A DNA stretch of 62,675 bases, filler included, from Sphacelaria rigidula (lineage: Eukaryota), in NCBI GenBank assembly GCA_964200075.2. It is 8 parts of 8 records of this genome, joined end to end, with 100 filler letters (N's around TTAATTAATTAA, not from the genome) between each part and the next. Parts side by side here need not be neighbours in the genome. Positions count along the whole stretch, not along the records: positions 23,545 to 31,291 come from CAXNAA020013586.1; positions 31,392 to 39,137 come from CAXNAA020013587.1; 6 more parts are not named here. One strand, 5' to 3'. The notes below the pieces were generated by a model. It made no database searches and had not been told where the DNA came from. It saw nothing but the letters and a program-made list of their open reading frames with translations. Shown here one piece after another: positions 23,600 to 35,017 of this stretch; position 1 is the stretch's first letter, and every line of letters begins with the position of its first letter. The translations under genes and the position numbers were made by a program.

Positions 23600-25421
23600 T
23601 CGGTAAAAAGTACTAAAAGTACTTAGAAATGCAGCAGGGGCAGACGAAAGACTGAATGAATTTATAAAGTATGGAGGAGAGGGAATGGTGACCATGATTG
23701 TTATGCTGTATATATATATATATATAACTGGATATGGGAAAACGACTACACACCCAAGAGGTGGAGAGAAGTAGAAGCCGTTAATTTTTTCAGAAAAGGA
23801 GACCAAGCGGATCCCGGAAGTTATAGAGGGATAACGCTACTGAGCACGGTAGGGAAAACGTTCTGTAAAATTCTGTACGATAGAGTAGGAATGATGCTAG
23901 GGAAGGAAGCGAAGATCAGCGAGGGGCAAGCAGGTTTTAGACCAAAGCGTCGTTGCGCAGACCATGTGTACACACTAGGTAAAATCATTTAGGGTAGGAA
24001 AGACACCGGGCGGACAACGCAATCTTTCTTCCTGGACGTGCAAAAGGTTAATGACACGATACAGTATGGGGAGAAGGGTTGTGGAAACATTTGTGGGAAA
24101 CTAGGATCAGAGAGAAGATGTAGAGAATGGTGAAGAAGATGACAGAATTTGCCAAAAGTGCGATGATGCTAGATAGGGAAATATCGAAATGTTATGATAT
24201 TTTCAAAGGAGTTGCACAAGGATGTACGTTATTATCCACTTAATTCAAGGTATTTATCAAAAATATGATAATAGCAATAGGAGCAGCAGATCAAGGAGTC
24301 GAGATGGGTAAAGATATGGTATCAGGATTGATGTTCGCGGATGATTTTGTGGGGGTATCAGGAACAGCACAATGATTACAGAGCCAGATAAACAAGGCGC
24401 TAGGATATACTAGGAAATAGAGAGTGACAGCGAAGGTCGGCAGATGCGCGGTACTCGTCTGCAACGAGGATGAGAAAAATCCTGTACAGTTCAAATGGAA
24501 GTGAGGAGAAGAGGAATCGTCGATCGTGGACCAGTATACATACATTGGCGTCGAGATTTCGAAAGACTGTTCTTAGGATGCCAACATAAAAAAAGTAATA
24601 GAGAAGGGTGAGGTATAGATGGGTAGGATGGACGTGATCCTCAGATACTCGCACTTTGATACTAGGATTAATATATGTATCCTGATGGACGTGACTATAT
24701 CAAAGCTGGAATATGCAGGGGAAAGTCCGGGAGGGGAACGTGGAGTTTGTGAAGTAGTTGGAAACGGTACAGATGGCAGCAGCTAAGAAAATACTTGGAT
24801 GCTCGACAATGACGAGTAACACAGCATTGACAGCAGAGTTGGGAATGGACTCACTTGAAACAAACGGAGACATGAGAAAATTGGGATGAAAATATTATTT
24901 ATTTACTCTTTACTTTCCTCTTTTTTCCCCCTTTTTTTTCTTGGTTCGGCCATTTTTTCCTGTGCTTTGCTTGCGTTGACTTTTTTATTATTTTGTTTCG
25001 TTACGACTTAGTCTGCTATGTCGTTCTGTCCGACGTTTTTTTTCTTTTCCTGTTCCTTCTTTTCTTCAGAGCGTGTTTCAGTTTCGTTTTTCTTGGGTAC
25101 GTCTATTATGATACCACGGCTGGACGCCGGGGGGGTCAGTTAAAGTGCGACAATCGATCAATCAATCAATCAATCAAAGATAGCGTAAAAAACCTGCAGA
25201 GAAAGAGATTGACAGCTATGGTTGATGGGGCTATGTGGAAGAAAAGTACGGAAGGACAGGCCGGAATAAGGTGGGAGAGAGAAGGCGAGAAAGTATGGAA
25301 GGAGATAGGAGGAAACCAAGACGAAATACTGCATGTAAGTGGAGGCGCGGGATACAAGACGAAAGTAAGAGGCATGATGAAAATTAGAGGGAAAGGAGCG
25401 CTTAGACGCACAGTAGACGAG
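23600..25421 (+). pseudogene. Non-LTR retrotransposon (LINE) ORF2 reverse transcriptase, decayed
   Basis: SYRGITLLSTVGKTFCKIL, EGQAGFRPKRRCADHVYTL, FFLDVQK, GVAQGCTL, LMFADDF and YTYIGV motifs in order, with many stops and frameshifts. Interrupted by an insertion at ~24890-25177. Confidence 0.95.
24890..25177 (+). mobile_element. Retroposon 3' fragment inserted into the LINE
   Basis: T-rich tract plus (TCAA)n tail interrupts purine-rich LINE coding sequence, which resumes at ~25178. Confidence 0.7.
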
Positions 25422-25770
25422 TGCTCGAAATAAATCCTTTTTTTGCTCAATCTTGGAAATTGGGCGACAAGAGGACTTATTTTGGAACAGCTTCTGCGGT
25501 AAAAATAATTTCACAGAACTTGTCACAAATATTTTTGAATTTTCAAATGGGAAGTGCCTTCACAGGGTTGGTTACAATGTGCCGAGAAAACGCTATACAA
25601 AATACTGGTAGAGGTACTTGACTTTGCAAATACTGCACAGGGGTTTTCGCAAAGCCTGAGAAGAACCCTGTGCAGCTCGTCCCACAGGGTGCTATCTATC
25701 CAAGAGCGCTAAACACTAGCGTGTCACTAGCATGTGGTATTTAAACAGCAGATAGATGCTGCTCGGAAGT
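25422..25770 (+). repeat. Displaced (inverted) part of the foldback element's left arm
   Basis: Diverged direct match to 28240-28540 (GCTCGAAATAAAT...TTTTGGAACAGCTTCTGC...CTGGTAGAGGTACTTGA). Confidence 0.8.
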
Positions 25771-26289
25771 CCTCGATTTGCCCGCCAATTTATCCTGAAA
25801 TCGCGCAAAAGGTGGACTTGGGGCAGCATCTCTTTGCTGTTCGAATCCGGCATACTGTACCGTTGTCAGCGTACGAGATTTGAACGGCAGAGATTGTCCA
25901 AACCCCTTCGTCTCGCCCATTACTTCATATCGATTGGGCAAAACGACAACTTTTTCAACAGGCTCTGCTGCACAAATCCCGTACACTGAGTGCGAATGTC
26001 TGTTCACACAGCTATGCTATGAAGCATTAGCTGGCGGTGGTGGATGTATGGCACGTGCCCTCCAGCTGTATGCACATACAGTACTGAAAACGCCGTGGTC
26101 AGACTTCTACCATTCCTGAATTTGCACAAAAACAAAAGCTGGACGGAAAACAAAAGGTCGCATGGAATAATTTTTAATTTTCGGCCTTGTGCATGGTATA
26201 ATTTTCGGTGTTCCTTGTGCTGTTCCACCTCACTTACTTTTGTGTGCAAACGCAGGAATGGTGGAGATCTGAGCCGCGTGTGTAATGGT

Positions 26290-26800
26290 TCACCCACGAG
26301 ACGAGATATCTGATGCCGCATCCGGGAGAACAAATACCTGATGCCCCATCCCCGACAAAAGATATGCAGTGCCTCATCCACGAGAAGAAATATCTGATAT
26401 CTTATCCACGAGAAGTCATGTACACTGTAATGCCTCATCCCTGAGAAAAAATATGTGATGCCTCAGCAACCAGAAGAGATATTCCATGCCCCCCCCTAAA
26501 ACAAAAACAGCTCAAAACCATCACGAAGCAAATGGCCATACAGCGCCCGAGTTTTGGTTTCAGGCTGCACGCAGCGATTTATTTGGGCGACATTAGCAAA
26601 AATGAACTCAAGCATGTGAACTGCCAGCCGCTCGTTGTGCCCGGCTTTTCTATTTCGATTTGTGTGTAGATTTTGCCTCCCCATACTAGCCACTTTTTTT
26701 GCGGGGGTTATCGTGGAAAGTGCCGAGAGTAGATATCTAGTGCCTCATCCACGAGAAGAGATGTATGTAATGCCTTATCCACGACAAGAGACAAATGATG
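26290..26800. repeat. ~28-bp minisatellite (ATGCCTCATCCACGAGAAGA...) interrupted by a small element at ~26488-26722
   Basis: About 9 degenerate units visible. Confidence 0.7.
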
Positions 26801-27009
26801 CCTCTTGAAATCTTGGATGGGTGAAACGCCCTTGCAACCGTCCACGGGAGCGGTGCTCTGCCCACGTCATGACGTCGCGATAGTTTATTATGTGGGAAGA
26901 GATCCTTCTGATGGCTCCAAGAAATTAGGGTATGACCAGGGGGCTCAGGGGGAAATATTTCGCGACACGCAGGCCCCAAGATCGAAAAATTGAGTTTTTC
27001 AGGGGGTTC

Positions 27010-27555
27010 GTACTCATTCGTTGCTTGCCTTAGTGGTTTGACCATTGACCGCGTATCCTTTTCGAGCCGGAGCACCGTTCCTACTCCTAATAGAGATACC
27101 TCCAACCTTTAGGTGCCCATTACGTTCCTGCCATGCATTGCACAAAAACCCTTTACACATTGTATCCTCGTCCTGTTTCGCCGTCTCTGGCCACCATCTA
27201 TCTCCTAGAATAGCCATCATTTTCTCTCTACTGTCCAATGCATTAAACGATTCCATGCCACCTTCGTTCATGTCCCGCACTTCTCCCTCTAGCACGTCCC
27301 ATTCCTCCTTGTATAGTTCATATTCTGCCACTGTATGAATTTTGCTCTCTATTGCTTTGCCACAAGGGCAATTCTATGCATCTACTTCCTCCTACTCTCG
27401 ACTACTGGTATATCTCTTTCTTCCTTCCGGCAGGTCCAGGCCCCCCACCCGAAATCGCAGTCTCAACTTTTTCGCCGTGGCCATGGGGCCATGCAGATAT
27501 GCTTTCATCCCGATCCCCTCTCTCAACCCCCCTTATATCTTCAGATGCTCTTCCT
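27010..27555 (-). pseudogene. 3' end of the same LINE ORF2 (C-terminal Cys/His knuckle region and terminus), inverted
   Basis: EEHLKI*GGLREGIGMKAYLHGPM...LRLRFRVG...NCPCGKAIESKIHTVAEYELY...AILGDRWWP...AVNGQTTKASNE, ending GAATGAGTA. Confidence 0.85.
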
Positions 27556-28545
27556 GCCTGCTGTACAAATCCCATACACAGGCAGATTTGGAATTTGTAC
27601 AGCAGAAGCTGCTGGAAATAAATCCTCACATTGCCCGCCAATTCATCCCGAAACTGGGCAAAATTAGTACCTTTTGCGTTCAGCCTCTGCTGTGCAAGTC
27701 CCATATATTTTACCGTAATCGGCGTATGAGATTCGAGAGGCACAAGATATTATGGAAAACTCATCACTTTGCCCCCCGAGTCACATGTCACTTGGGGCAA
27801 TAAGGGAATTTCCACCAACACGTGCTGCTTGCAAACCCCGTACACTGATTGCACCATACCGTGCAGATACGCGTGGTGGCCGATATACTACACAGTTTGC
27901 GCGGCGGCATGCGCTATACGTACGGCTATACGATGTGGATGCCTGTCACTTTGGATATGGGGGTCTTATATACCGCCATGCAGCTGAGAGAGTTTTCAAC
28001 ATGACATGTGAATCGGGGGGCAAAATGATGAGTTTTCAACAATATCTTGTGCCTCTCGAATCTCATACGCCGATTACGGTACAACATGTGGGACTTGCAC
28101 AGCAGAGGCTGTACGCAATAAGTTCTCTTGTTGCCCAATGTCGGGATGAATTGGCGGACAATGTGAGGATTCATTTCGAGCAGCTTCTGCTGTACATATC
28201 CCATACACTGGCAGTGTATGGGATATGTACAGCAGACGCTGCTCGAAATAAATATGTTTTTGCCCAATTTCGAATATTGGCAAAAAGAGGATTCATTTTG
28301 GAACAGCTTCTGCTGCATAAATAATTCTACAGATCTTGTAACAAATATTTTGAAATTTTCAAGTTGGGAGTGCCTCTACAGGGTTTTTCACAGTGAGTGT
28401 ATCGGAAAAGGCTATACAAAATGCTGGTAGAGGTACTTGAGTTTGCAAATCGTGTGCAGGGTTCCTGGCCCCTGCAGAGGTGCCCTACAGGGTGCTATCT
28501 ATCCACGTGTGAGGATTTGAACAGCAGATGCTGCTCAAAGCCAAC
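27556..28545. mobile_element. Large foldback (long-TIR) element
   Basis: 27557-27795 is the reverse complement of ~27995-28235 around a ~200-bp spacer. There is also an internal hairpin with ~23-bp arms at 28187-28235. Confidence 0.85.
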
Positions 28546-28609
28546 CCCCGTTTTGCACGATTTGGAAATTGGAAATTAGGCAAAGTGAGGATTAACAAGC
28601 GTGTGTATA

Positions 28610-28760
28610 TCAGACCCTGTCATGGTGTTCACCCCCACAAGGCGCTACACAAGGCGCTGAGTCAAGACCCTGTATTGGTGTTTACCCCCACAAGGTGCTG
28701 TGTAAAAACCCTGTCATGATGCTCACCCCCACAAAATGCCGTGTCAAGCAACCCTCTACA
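28610..28760. repeat. ~40-50-bp tandem repeat (ACCCTGTCATGGTGTTCACCCCCACAAGG)
   Basis: Three to four degenerate units. Confidence 0.7.
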
Positions 28761-29051
28761 ACCGCGCACATCGTATAGGGTCATCAGCGCATTCTTCTGG
28801 ACCTTGCAGAGGGTCGCCACAGGGTCGCCCACAAGGTCTCCACCTTCAGAAGGTGGTCGCAGAGTGTAGCAAAGTGTCCACCTGTAAAGTGTAGACTGGC
28901 ATCCAGAACACCACAACAACATACCCTTTGTTTCGTCTATCCCTAATTTTTTTTCGGTGCGTCCATGGGGCAGCGTAAAAACATATTCTGGACACGTAGG
29001 CCCTTAGATCGAAAGTTTGAGTTATTGAGGGGGCAGAGGTACGGGGGGGGG

Positions 29052-29092
29052 CTCACTCATTTGTTGCTTGCCTTAGTCGTTCGACCATTGAC
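29052..29092 (-). mobile_element. ~40-bp LINE 3'-end micro-insertion in a G tract
   Basis: CTCATTTGTTGCTTGCCTTAGTCGTTCGACCATTGAC matches 27013-27049; poly-G on both sides. Confidence 0.75.
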
Positions 29093-29539
29093 GGGGGGGG
29101 GGGGGGAGGGCACCCAGCCGTCCGTCCCCTGATCTTTTGCCGAAGCGTTGGCGGATGCGGTCAGCTGCTGTGGACAGAGATCCTTGGCATGGAGATCTGA
29201 GGCCATCGGGACAGAGCGGGCAAGAAGCAAAGCAAATATGTAAACCCCGCAAAGCCCACCAGACTTTTCGTTTTTTGTCAATGTATCAAGGCCGAACGGT
29301 TGCCATCAATTAGATGGGTGGCGTTACGTCACGGGCTCCAATGAGTATGAGCGAATGATGGCCATGAAAAAATCGACGAAGCGTGCAGGTGGATGAACCT
29401 ACCTCCCCAAGCTCACGTGCCTCCGCCCATAGCAGTACATAGTTGATACCTCGCAACCCATTCAATATCAGTTTTAGTACAGAGCGCTACTAAGCTCATT
29501 GAGAAGTCGCGTAGACGGGTAGTCGGGTAGGTATCAAGA

Positions 29540-29955
29540 GCGAATTCTCGAAAATGGGGTTGGAAACAAAAATGAGGTTCAACTCAAAAGCCGTGCTTTC
29601 CCTGGCCTAAATTCATGACAAATGACTTCATATGGACGATCCCATCCCTCCCGACCTCCCTCAAACTACTTCGGGGAATTTCCAGCCTTCCATTCCCCCA
29701 AAACGGTATGTGCGAAATCACTATTTTTGGGCCAAAACCCTTCCTTTTTTCACCCCGAAGCGAGGCCAAAGGGTGCTTTCTCACAAACCCTTTGGGGGAA
29801 CGGAAGGCTAGAAATCCCCCGAAATAGATTCAGGGAGGTCGGGAGGGACGAGGTCGTCCGTATGAAAGTCATTTGCCATGAATTTAGGTCAGAGAAAGCG
29901 CGGCTTTTGAGTTAAACCTCATTATTTTTTCAATCCCATTTTCGAAAATCCACTG
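29540..29955. mobile_element. Palindromic ~420-bp MITE, copy 1
   Basis: ~180-bp TIRs; family termini CAGTGGATTCTCG...GAATCCACTG. Copies at 31782-32202 and 55974-56650. Confidence 0.9.
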
Positions 29956-30210
29956 TTTATTATCCAAATGAGCGACTCTACTGGCCCCACATGTGACTCC
30001 TCCACGGGAGAGTCAGCGGTGGAAACAGTTCAAGACGCGGAAACACCGGAACGGACGCCAGAGGAAGGAACAGGAGAAGGCGCGACGGAGCCAGGAGTGA
30101 TAGATCTGACCCCAGAAGAGGCTCCGGCGGTCCGCGTTGTAGAGGCGGCCCCCGTGTACAGAACTTTATCCGAATGATTGCTGAAGTTTGATTGGGAATC
30201 AGCGCTAATC

Positions 30211-30965
30211 ATGGGTGGGCAATTCTGGGAATACCTCGGTATTTACTCAACTCGAGTTTGAGTATCTTGCTGACGAACTTGGATACTAAAGTTATAGGAC
30301 TTTGGTACATCGGGTCCGGCCTCTGATACTCTACCCAACTTTCGGGTAGATTGGGTATGACCGCAAATACTCGACTCAAACCCTTAGTAGATTGAATATG
30401 GCCTCAACTACTCTACTCCAAGTTCGAGTAGATGGAGTACGACCTCAAATACTCTACTCAAAGTTTGAGTAGATGGAGTAGCGCCTCCGATACTTTACTC
30501 AAAATTTGAGTAGGTCGAGTACCACCTCCAACTCTACTCAAAAATTGAGTACGCACCCTCAGTAGTATTAGAGTATAGAGTATCACTTCGTTATGACCTC
30601 AAAACTCTACTCGAATTTGAGTGGGTCGAGTATGGTCTCAACTAGTCTACTCAAATTCCGAGTAGGTTGAGTACGGCCTCAAATACTCTACTCAAATCCT
30701 GAGTAGATCGAGTACAACCTGCTCAAATACTCTACTCAAATATTGAGTAGGCACTCTCGGTAAGACTTGAGTATGGAGTATCACTCGAGTATGGCCTCAA
30801 TACTCCACTCAGATTTATGTCGATTGAGTGTGACGTCATATACTCTACTCAACATTTGAGTAGATTGAGCACGACCTCAAATACTCTACTCAAAATTTGA
30901 GTACTGAAAGTATGACTCTTCGAAAATACTGAGTATCGAGTATACTCTACTCGACCTACCCTTGC
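30211..30965. repeat. Array of ~41-bp palindromic units (TACTCTACTCAAA.TTTGAGTAGATCGAGTACGACCTCAAA), probably the subterminal repeats of a hAT-like non-autonomous element
   Basis: About 16 degenerate units bounded by weak TIRs CATGGGTGGG / CCTACCCTTG. No TSD seen. Confidence 0.75.
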
Positions 30966-31391
30966 AGTGTTTATTGATCAATTTCTTGCAACAAAATTGA
31001 CGAAAAACGAAACGAAGCAGTCTTCATTGATGAATTTCTTGTAGGAAAGTTGTCAAAACAAGGAAATCTTGACAATTTTCCACACCCTGGACAATACAAT
31101 ATGTTTCCAATATATATGAGTCGATCATATTGGAATTTTGCGATATATTGCCGGTGTAATATATATATATTTATTGGTACCCTTAGACTGCACATGTATT
31201 GCGCGCCCAATACATATATTGATGTCGTGGGACTGCATACATATTGCCCACCCAATATATACTGGTACTATTGGGTTGAACACATGTTGTCNNNNNNNNN
31301 NNNNNNNNNNNNNNNNNNNNNNNNNNNNNNNNNNNTTAATTAATTAANNNNNNNNNNNNNNNNNNNNNNNNNNNNNNNNNNNNNNNNNNNN

Positions 31392-31458
31392 GTACTCATT
31401 TGTTGCTTGCCTTAGTCGTTTGACCATTGACCACGCATCCCTTTCGAGACGGAGCAAG
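31392..31458 (-). mobile_element. LINE 3'-end fragment
   Basis: GTACTCATTTGTTGCTTGCCTTAGTCGTTTGACCATTGACCACGCATCC...GGAGC matches 27010-27073; adjacent to a G tract. Confidence 0.8.
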
Positions 31459-31781
31459 GGTTAGGAGGGGGGGGGGTTACGTCGGTCGTATTTATCACTC
31501 GTATCGCACACATCGCCGAGGACCACGGTTTTTTATATGAGTCTTTCTGTGAAGATATGCAGATCCGGTTTCTCTCCGATTTCGTTATGGGTACAGAAGT
31601 GTGCGCTCCATGCACGTGGTGCAGATGAGCTGAAATGGTGGGGAGTCAGTGTGTTGTATATCTATGCTGACATCTATCTGGAGAGATGAAATTTTTCGCA
31701 GCGCTGCTTGCAGGAGTTGAAACTGCCAACAGAAACATGGCTCAGTTTTGTTCACCATCCCTTGTTCGCACTGACAGTAAA

Positions 31782-32202
31782 CAGTGGATTCTCGGAAATG
31801 GGGTTGAAAAAAAAGGATGAGGTTCAACTCAAAAGCCGTGCTCTCTCTGACCTAGGTTGATGGCAAATGACTTTCACATGGACGGCCTCATCCGTCCCGA
31901 CCTCCCTAAAACTATTTCGGGAGATTTCTAGCCTTCCGTTCCCCCAAAGGCTATGTGCGAAAGCACGATTTTTGGGCCAAAAAGGGTCCTTTTTTCGCCC
32001 CGAAATCGAGGGGAAAGTGTGTTTTCGCGCATTCCCTTCAGGGGACAGGAAGGCTAAAAATCCCCAAAAATATTGTAAGAAAGGTCGGGAGGGATGAAGT
32101 CGTCCATATGAAAGTCAGTTGTCATTAATTTTGGTTAGGGAAAGCACGGCTTTTAAGTGGAACCTCATTTATTTTTTCAACCCCATTTGCGGGAATCCAC
32201 TC
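31782..32202. mobile_element. Palindromic ~420-bp MITE, copy 2
   Basis: Homologous to 29540-29955 with long TIRs. Confidence 0.9.
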
Positions 32203-32444
32203 TTAGTGAAAGCCAGTTTATCTTAGAGTAGGGGCATGTGTGGGCGCGCCAGCCCGGGCTACACAGGAGGAACGCCAACTCCGGAGTTTTTCATTTTGTT
32301 TTCAGTACTCCACCTTCCTTTTGCGATGGGCATTGGTGCGTACGGTATCTGTCAGTCGGTGAGCAGTGCGGTATGTGTGTGTGTTTGTGTGTTGTTATCC
32401 CATCTATTATTCTGGACTCCAGCAGTCTACACCTCATTTCGGTA

Positions 32445-32824
32445 CACATGCGGCCATTCGGCTAACCCCATCATTACTCTGTTCCGGTCAACGTTTCGAG
32501 CCTCCACAGGAAAAAAAACCTCCAGAGGGTGCGCGGTCCTCCAGAGGGGTGGGATCAAACGCCTTGAGAGGCTTGTTTTGCCTCTGGAGGGCCGCGCATC
32601 CCTCCAGAGGAATTTGGAGGATACGCTGCCCCCCAGAGCACCATCTTGTTTGTAACTCTCAAGGGGTCCAGCCCTCAGAAGTCACTGAAACATCAAATGC
32701 CCTCCAGAGGATTCTGTTAGGACCACACCTGGGGATGAAATACCTTCTAGAGAGTGCTATACCCTCGAGAGGATGACAATCGCGATGAAGCATTTTTATG
32801 GGGGTAGCCGAATGGCCGCGTGTG
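32445..32824. mobile_element. Tc1/mariner-like MITE inserted in a family A SINE tail
   Basis: TA|CACATGCGGCCATTCGGCTA ... TAGCCGAATGGCCGCGTGTG|TA. The flanks rejoin to the SINE tail seen intact at 33725-33830. Confidence 0.85.
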
Positions 32825-33340
32825 TATATATGTGGATGTGGGCGCATGAGCGGGGGTCACGCAAGGCGAAGGTCAACACGGGAGTTTCATTATTCTTTAC
32901 TTTGTTTTAGTACTCCACCTTGCTTCTGCGGTGCTTGTAGGCAGCGAAATACAGAATACGGGATACGTAGGCCCCGAGTTCCTACATTTGAGTTTTTTTT
33001 TCTTTGGGGGGAGGGGGGGGGCCCTCAGCCGTGTGTGCCCTGTTTTTTTTCCAAAGCGTTGGCGGATACGGTCAGCTGCTGTCGACAGTAAAGATCCTTA
33101 TAAAGTGTATAATAAATTATATAATATAGTAATGTATCATGTATCATGTATTATATGTTATGCATTATATATTTAATGTATACTTCTGGTCCCTATTGTT
33201 ACAAAAGTAACGGAAAAAATTGAAATAACTTTTATTTATCAATTTCTTGCGACAAAGTTGATGAAAAACAAATCATGACAAATTCCGAAAATATATCCCC
33301 CGGGGGAACGCGTCCGAAATATTCATCCGCGCTGCCCCCT

Positions 33341-33530
33341 GGTGCTTGCCTTATTTTTTTATCGCGAGAGGGATTCAGCAGTTCCTTTCGACCATGCAGT
33401 CGAACTTCGGATACCCACGACATAGTCGCATGGTGTGAGAGAAATTCCAGTTCGTATGACTTCATCGAGGGAACCAACGACCCAACCGTCAGAAGGATTC
33501 GGGCGTACGAATTTAGCCACTGGGGCGACC
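33341..33530 (-). mobile_element. Family A SINE head and body
   Basis: GGTCGCCCCAGTGGCTAAATT...CTGACGGTTGGGTCGT matches 13991 onward. Confidence 0.8.
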
Positions 33531-33975
33531 GACCACTACTGCTGGGTATTGTTATTAATTTCGTTATTTTGTATTTTGAAGACAGAGAGATACGTACTGG
33601 CAAGACAGGAGACGTTCACACAGCAAGGCCAGAGTTTTAATTTTGTTTTGCGAAGTCCGCGTTCCTTGTGCGGTACTTGCCTTTCATTATATTCGTGAGA
33701 AGAGTTCTTCAGAGGTCCCTTCCCCTCTGTGTGTGTTGTCATGTCATCTATTCTGGACGCCAGTCCGCACCTTTCGGTATATGTGGGCGCATCAGCCGCG
33801 GTCACACAGGAGGAAGACCAACACAAGAGCTTCTTCTCTTCTATTTGTTTCTAGTACAATGCGTTTCCGGGCCTGAGGTACCCTCAAACTCGGCTCCCGG
33901 TATCCTGGTTTATCCCCTGGCTCTGAGTTGTGCACTATTTCTTCAACTGAAAGTGATCACGATTCATGAGAGTCC

Positions 33976-35017
33976 ATAACTTGTCGTACGCGATTGGCAT
34001 GCATGCATGGGTTTGGTCTATTTATTTAGGCTCTCGCTGCCGTTTGTGGTCTCTTGATTTCTTGAAAGTAAAGTGTTCTGTTCTATTTTTTAGGGGCTCT
34101 CGCTGTTGAAACGTCTATTCTGTTCTATTTATTTCGGCTCTCGCTGCTGTTTGTGGTCTCTTGGTCTCTTGAAAGTAGTTGCTCCTGATCTCTTTTGCTG
34201 CTCTTGACCACGTAGATCCGATGTAAATTAGTGTTCCGAGAAAGGATCACACGCTTACTTGATTTCAGTAACGTGACAAAACACGCCACACGCAGCACAC
34301 CTGGTTTTGTGGACAAAACACGCCACAAGCGCAGCACGCCTGGTTTTATGCTAACGAACAACCGGTGTTTACTCAATGCCATACTTGCCGGAGAAAACCG
34401 CTCATTATGGGACGGTGGTGCAAGCTAAAAGGAATCGGTGGGCCTGACCATGAGCGGTACGATAAAATGGTGAAGAATTACTGGATTGACGGCGGTTCTG
34501 ATGCACTTGGTCGGGCTTCCTCTGCTTTCAAACAAAGTTGTTGCCCACTGGGGTACTGTCGCCCGCAACCAATGATGCAGTTTTGAATCCACCCTGCACA
34601 AGAGGTACGGTGCATCATATCGCGCGCATCATCGCATCATATCGCGCGCGGCACGACACGGCAAGCACAGCGAAACAGCAAAACGAACCCCCCACGCAGA
34701 CGAACCACACAGACGGACGAAAGCCTATAACTTGTCGTACGCGATTGGCATGCATGCATGGGTTTCTGTTCTTTTTATTTAGGCTCTCGCTGCTGTTTGT
34801 GGTCTCTGTTCTCTTGAAAGTAAGCTGTTCTGTTCTATTTTTTAGGGGCTCTTGCTGTTGAAACGTCTATTCTGTTCTATTTATTTCGGCTCTCGGTGCT
34901 GTTTGTGGTCTCTTGGTCCCTTAAAAGTGGCTGCCGCTGACCTCTTTAGCTGGTCCTGACCACGTGGTTTTTTTATGTAAATTAGTGTTCCGAGAAGGAT
35001 CACACGGTTACTTGATT
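33976..35017 (+). repeat. Two ~290-bp direct repeats (33976-34265 and 34727-35017) around a ~460-bp spacer
   Basis: Both begin ATAACTTGTCGTACGCGATTGGCATGCATGCATGGGTTT and end GGATCACACG.TTACTTGATT. Confidence 0.85.

Noticed and set aside
30211..30965. CRISPR array
   Set aside because: The intervening sequences are conserved and too short, the repeats are degenerate, and the context is eukaryotic.
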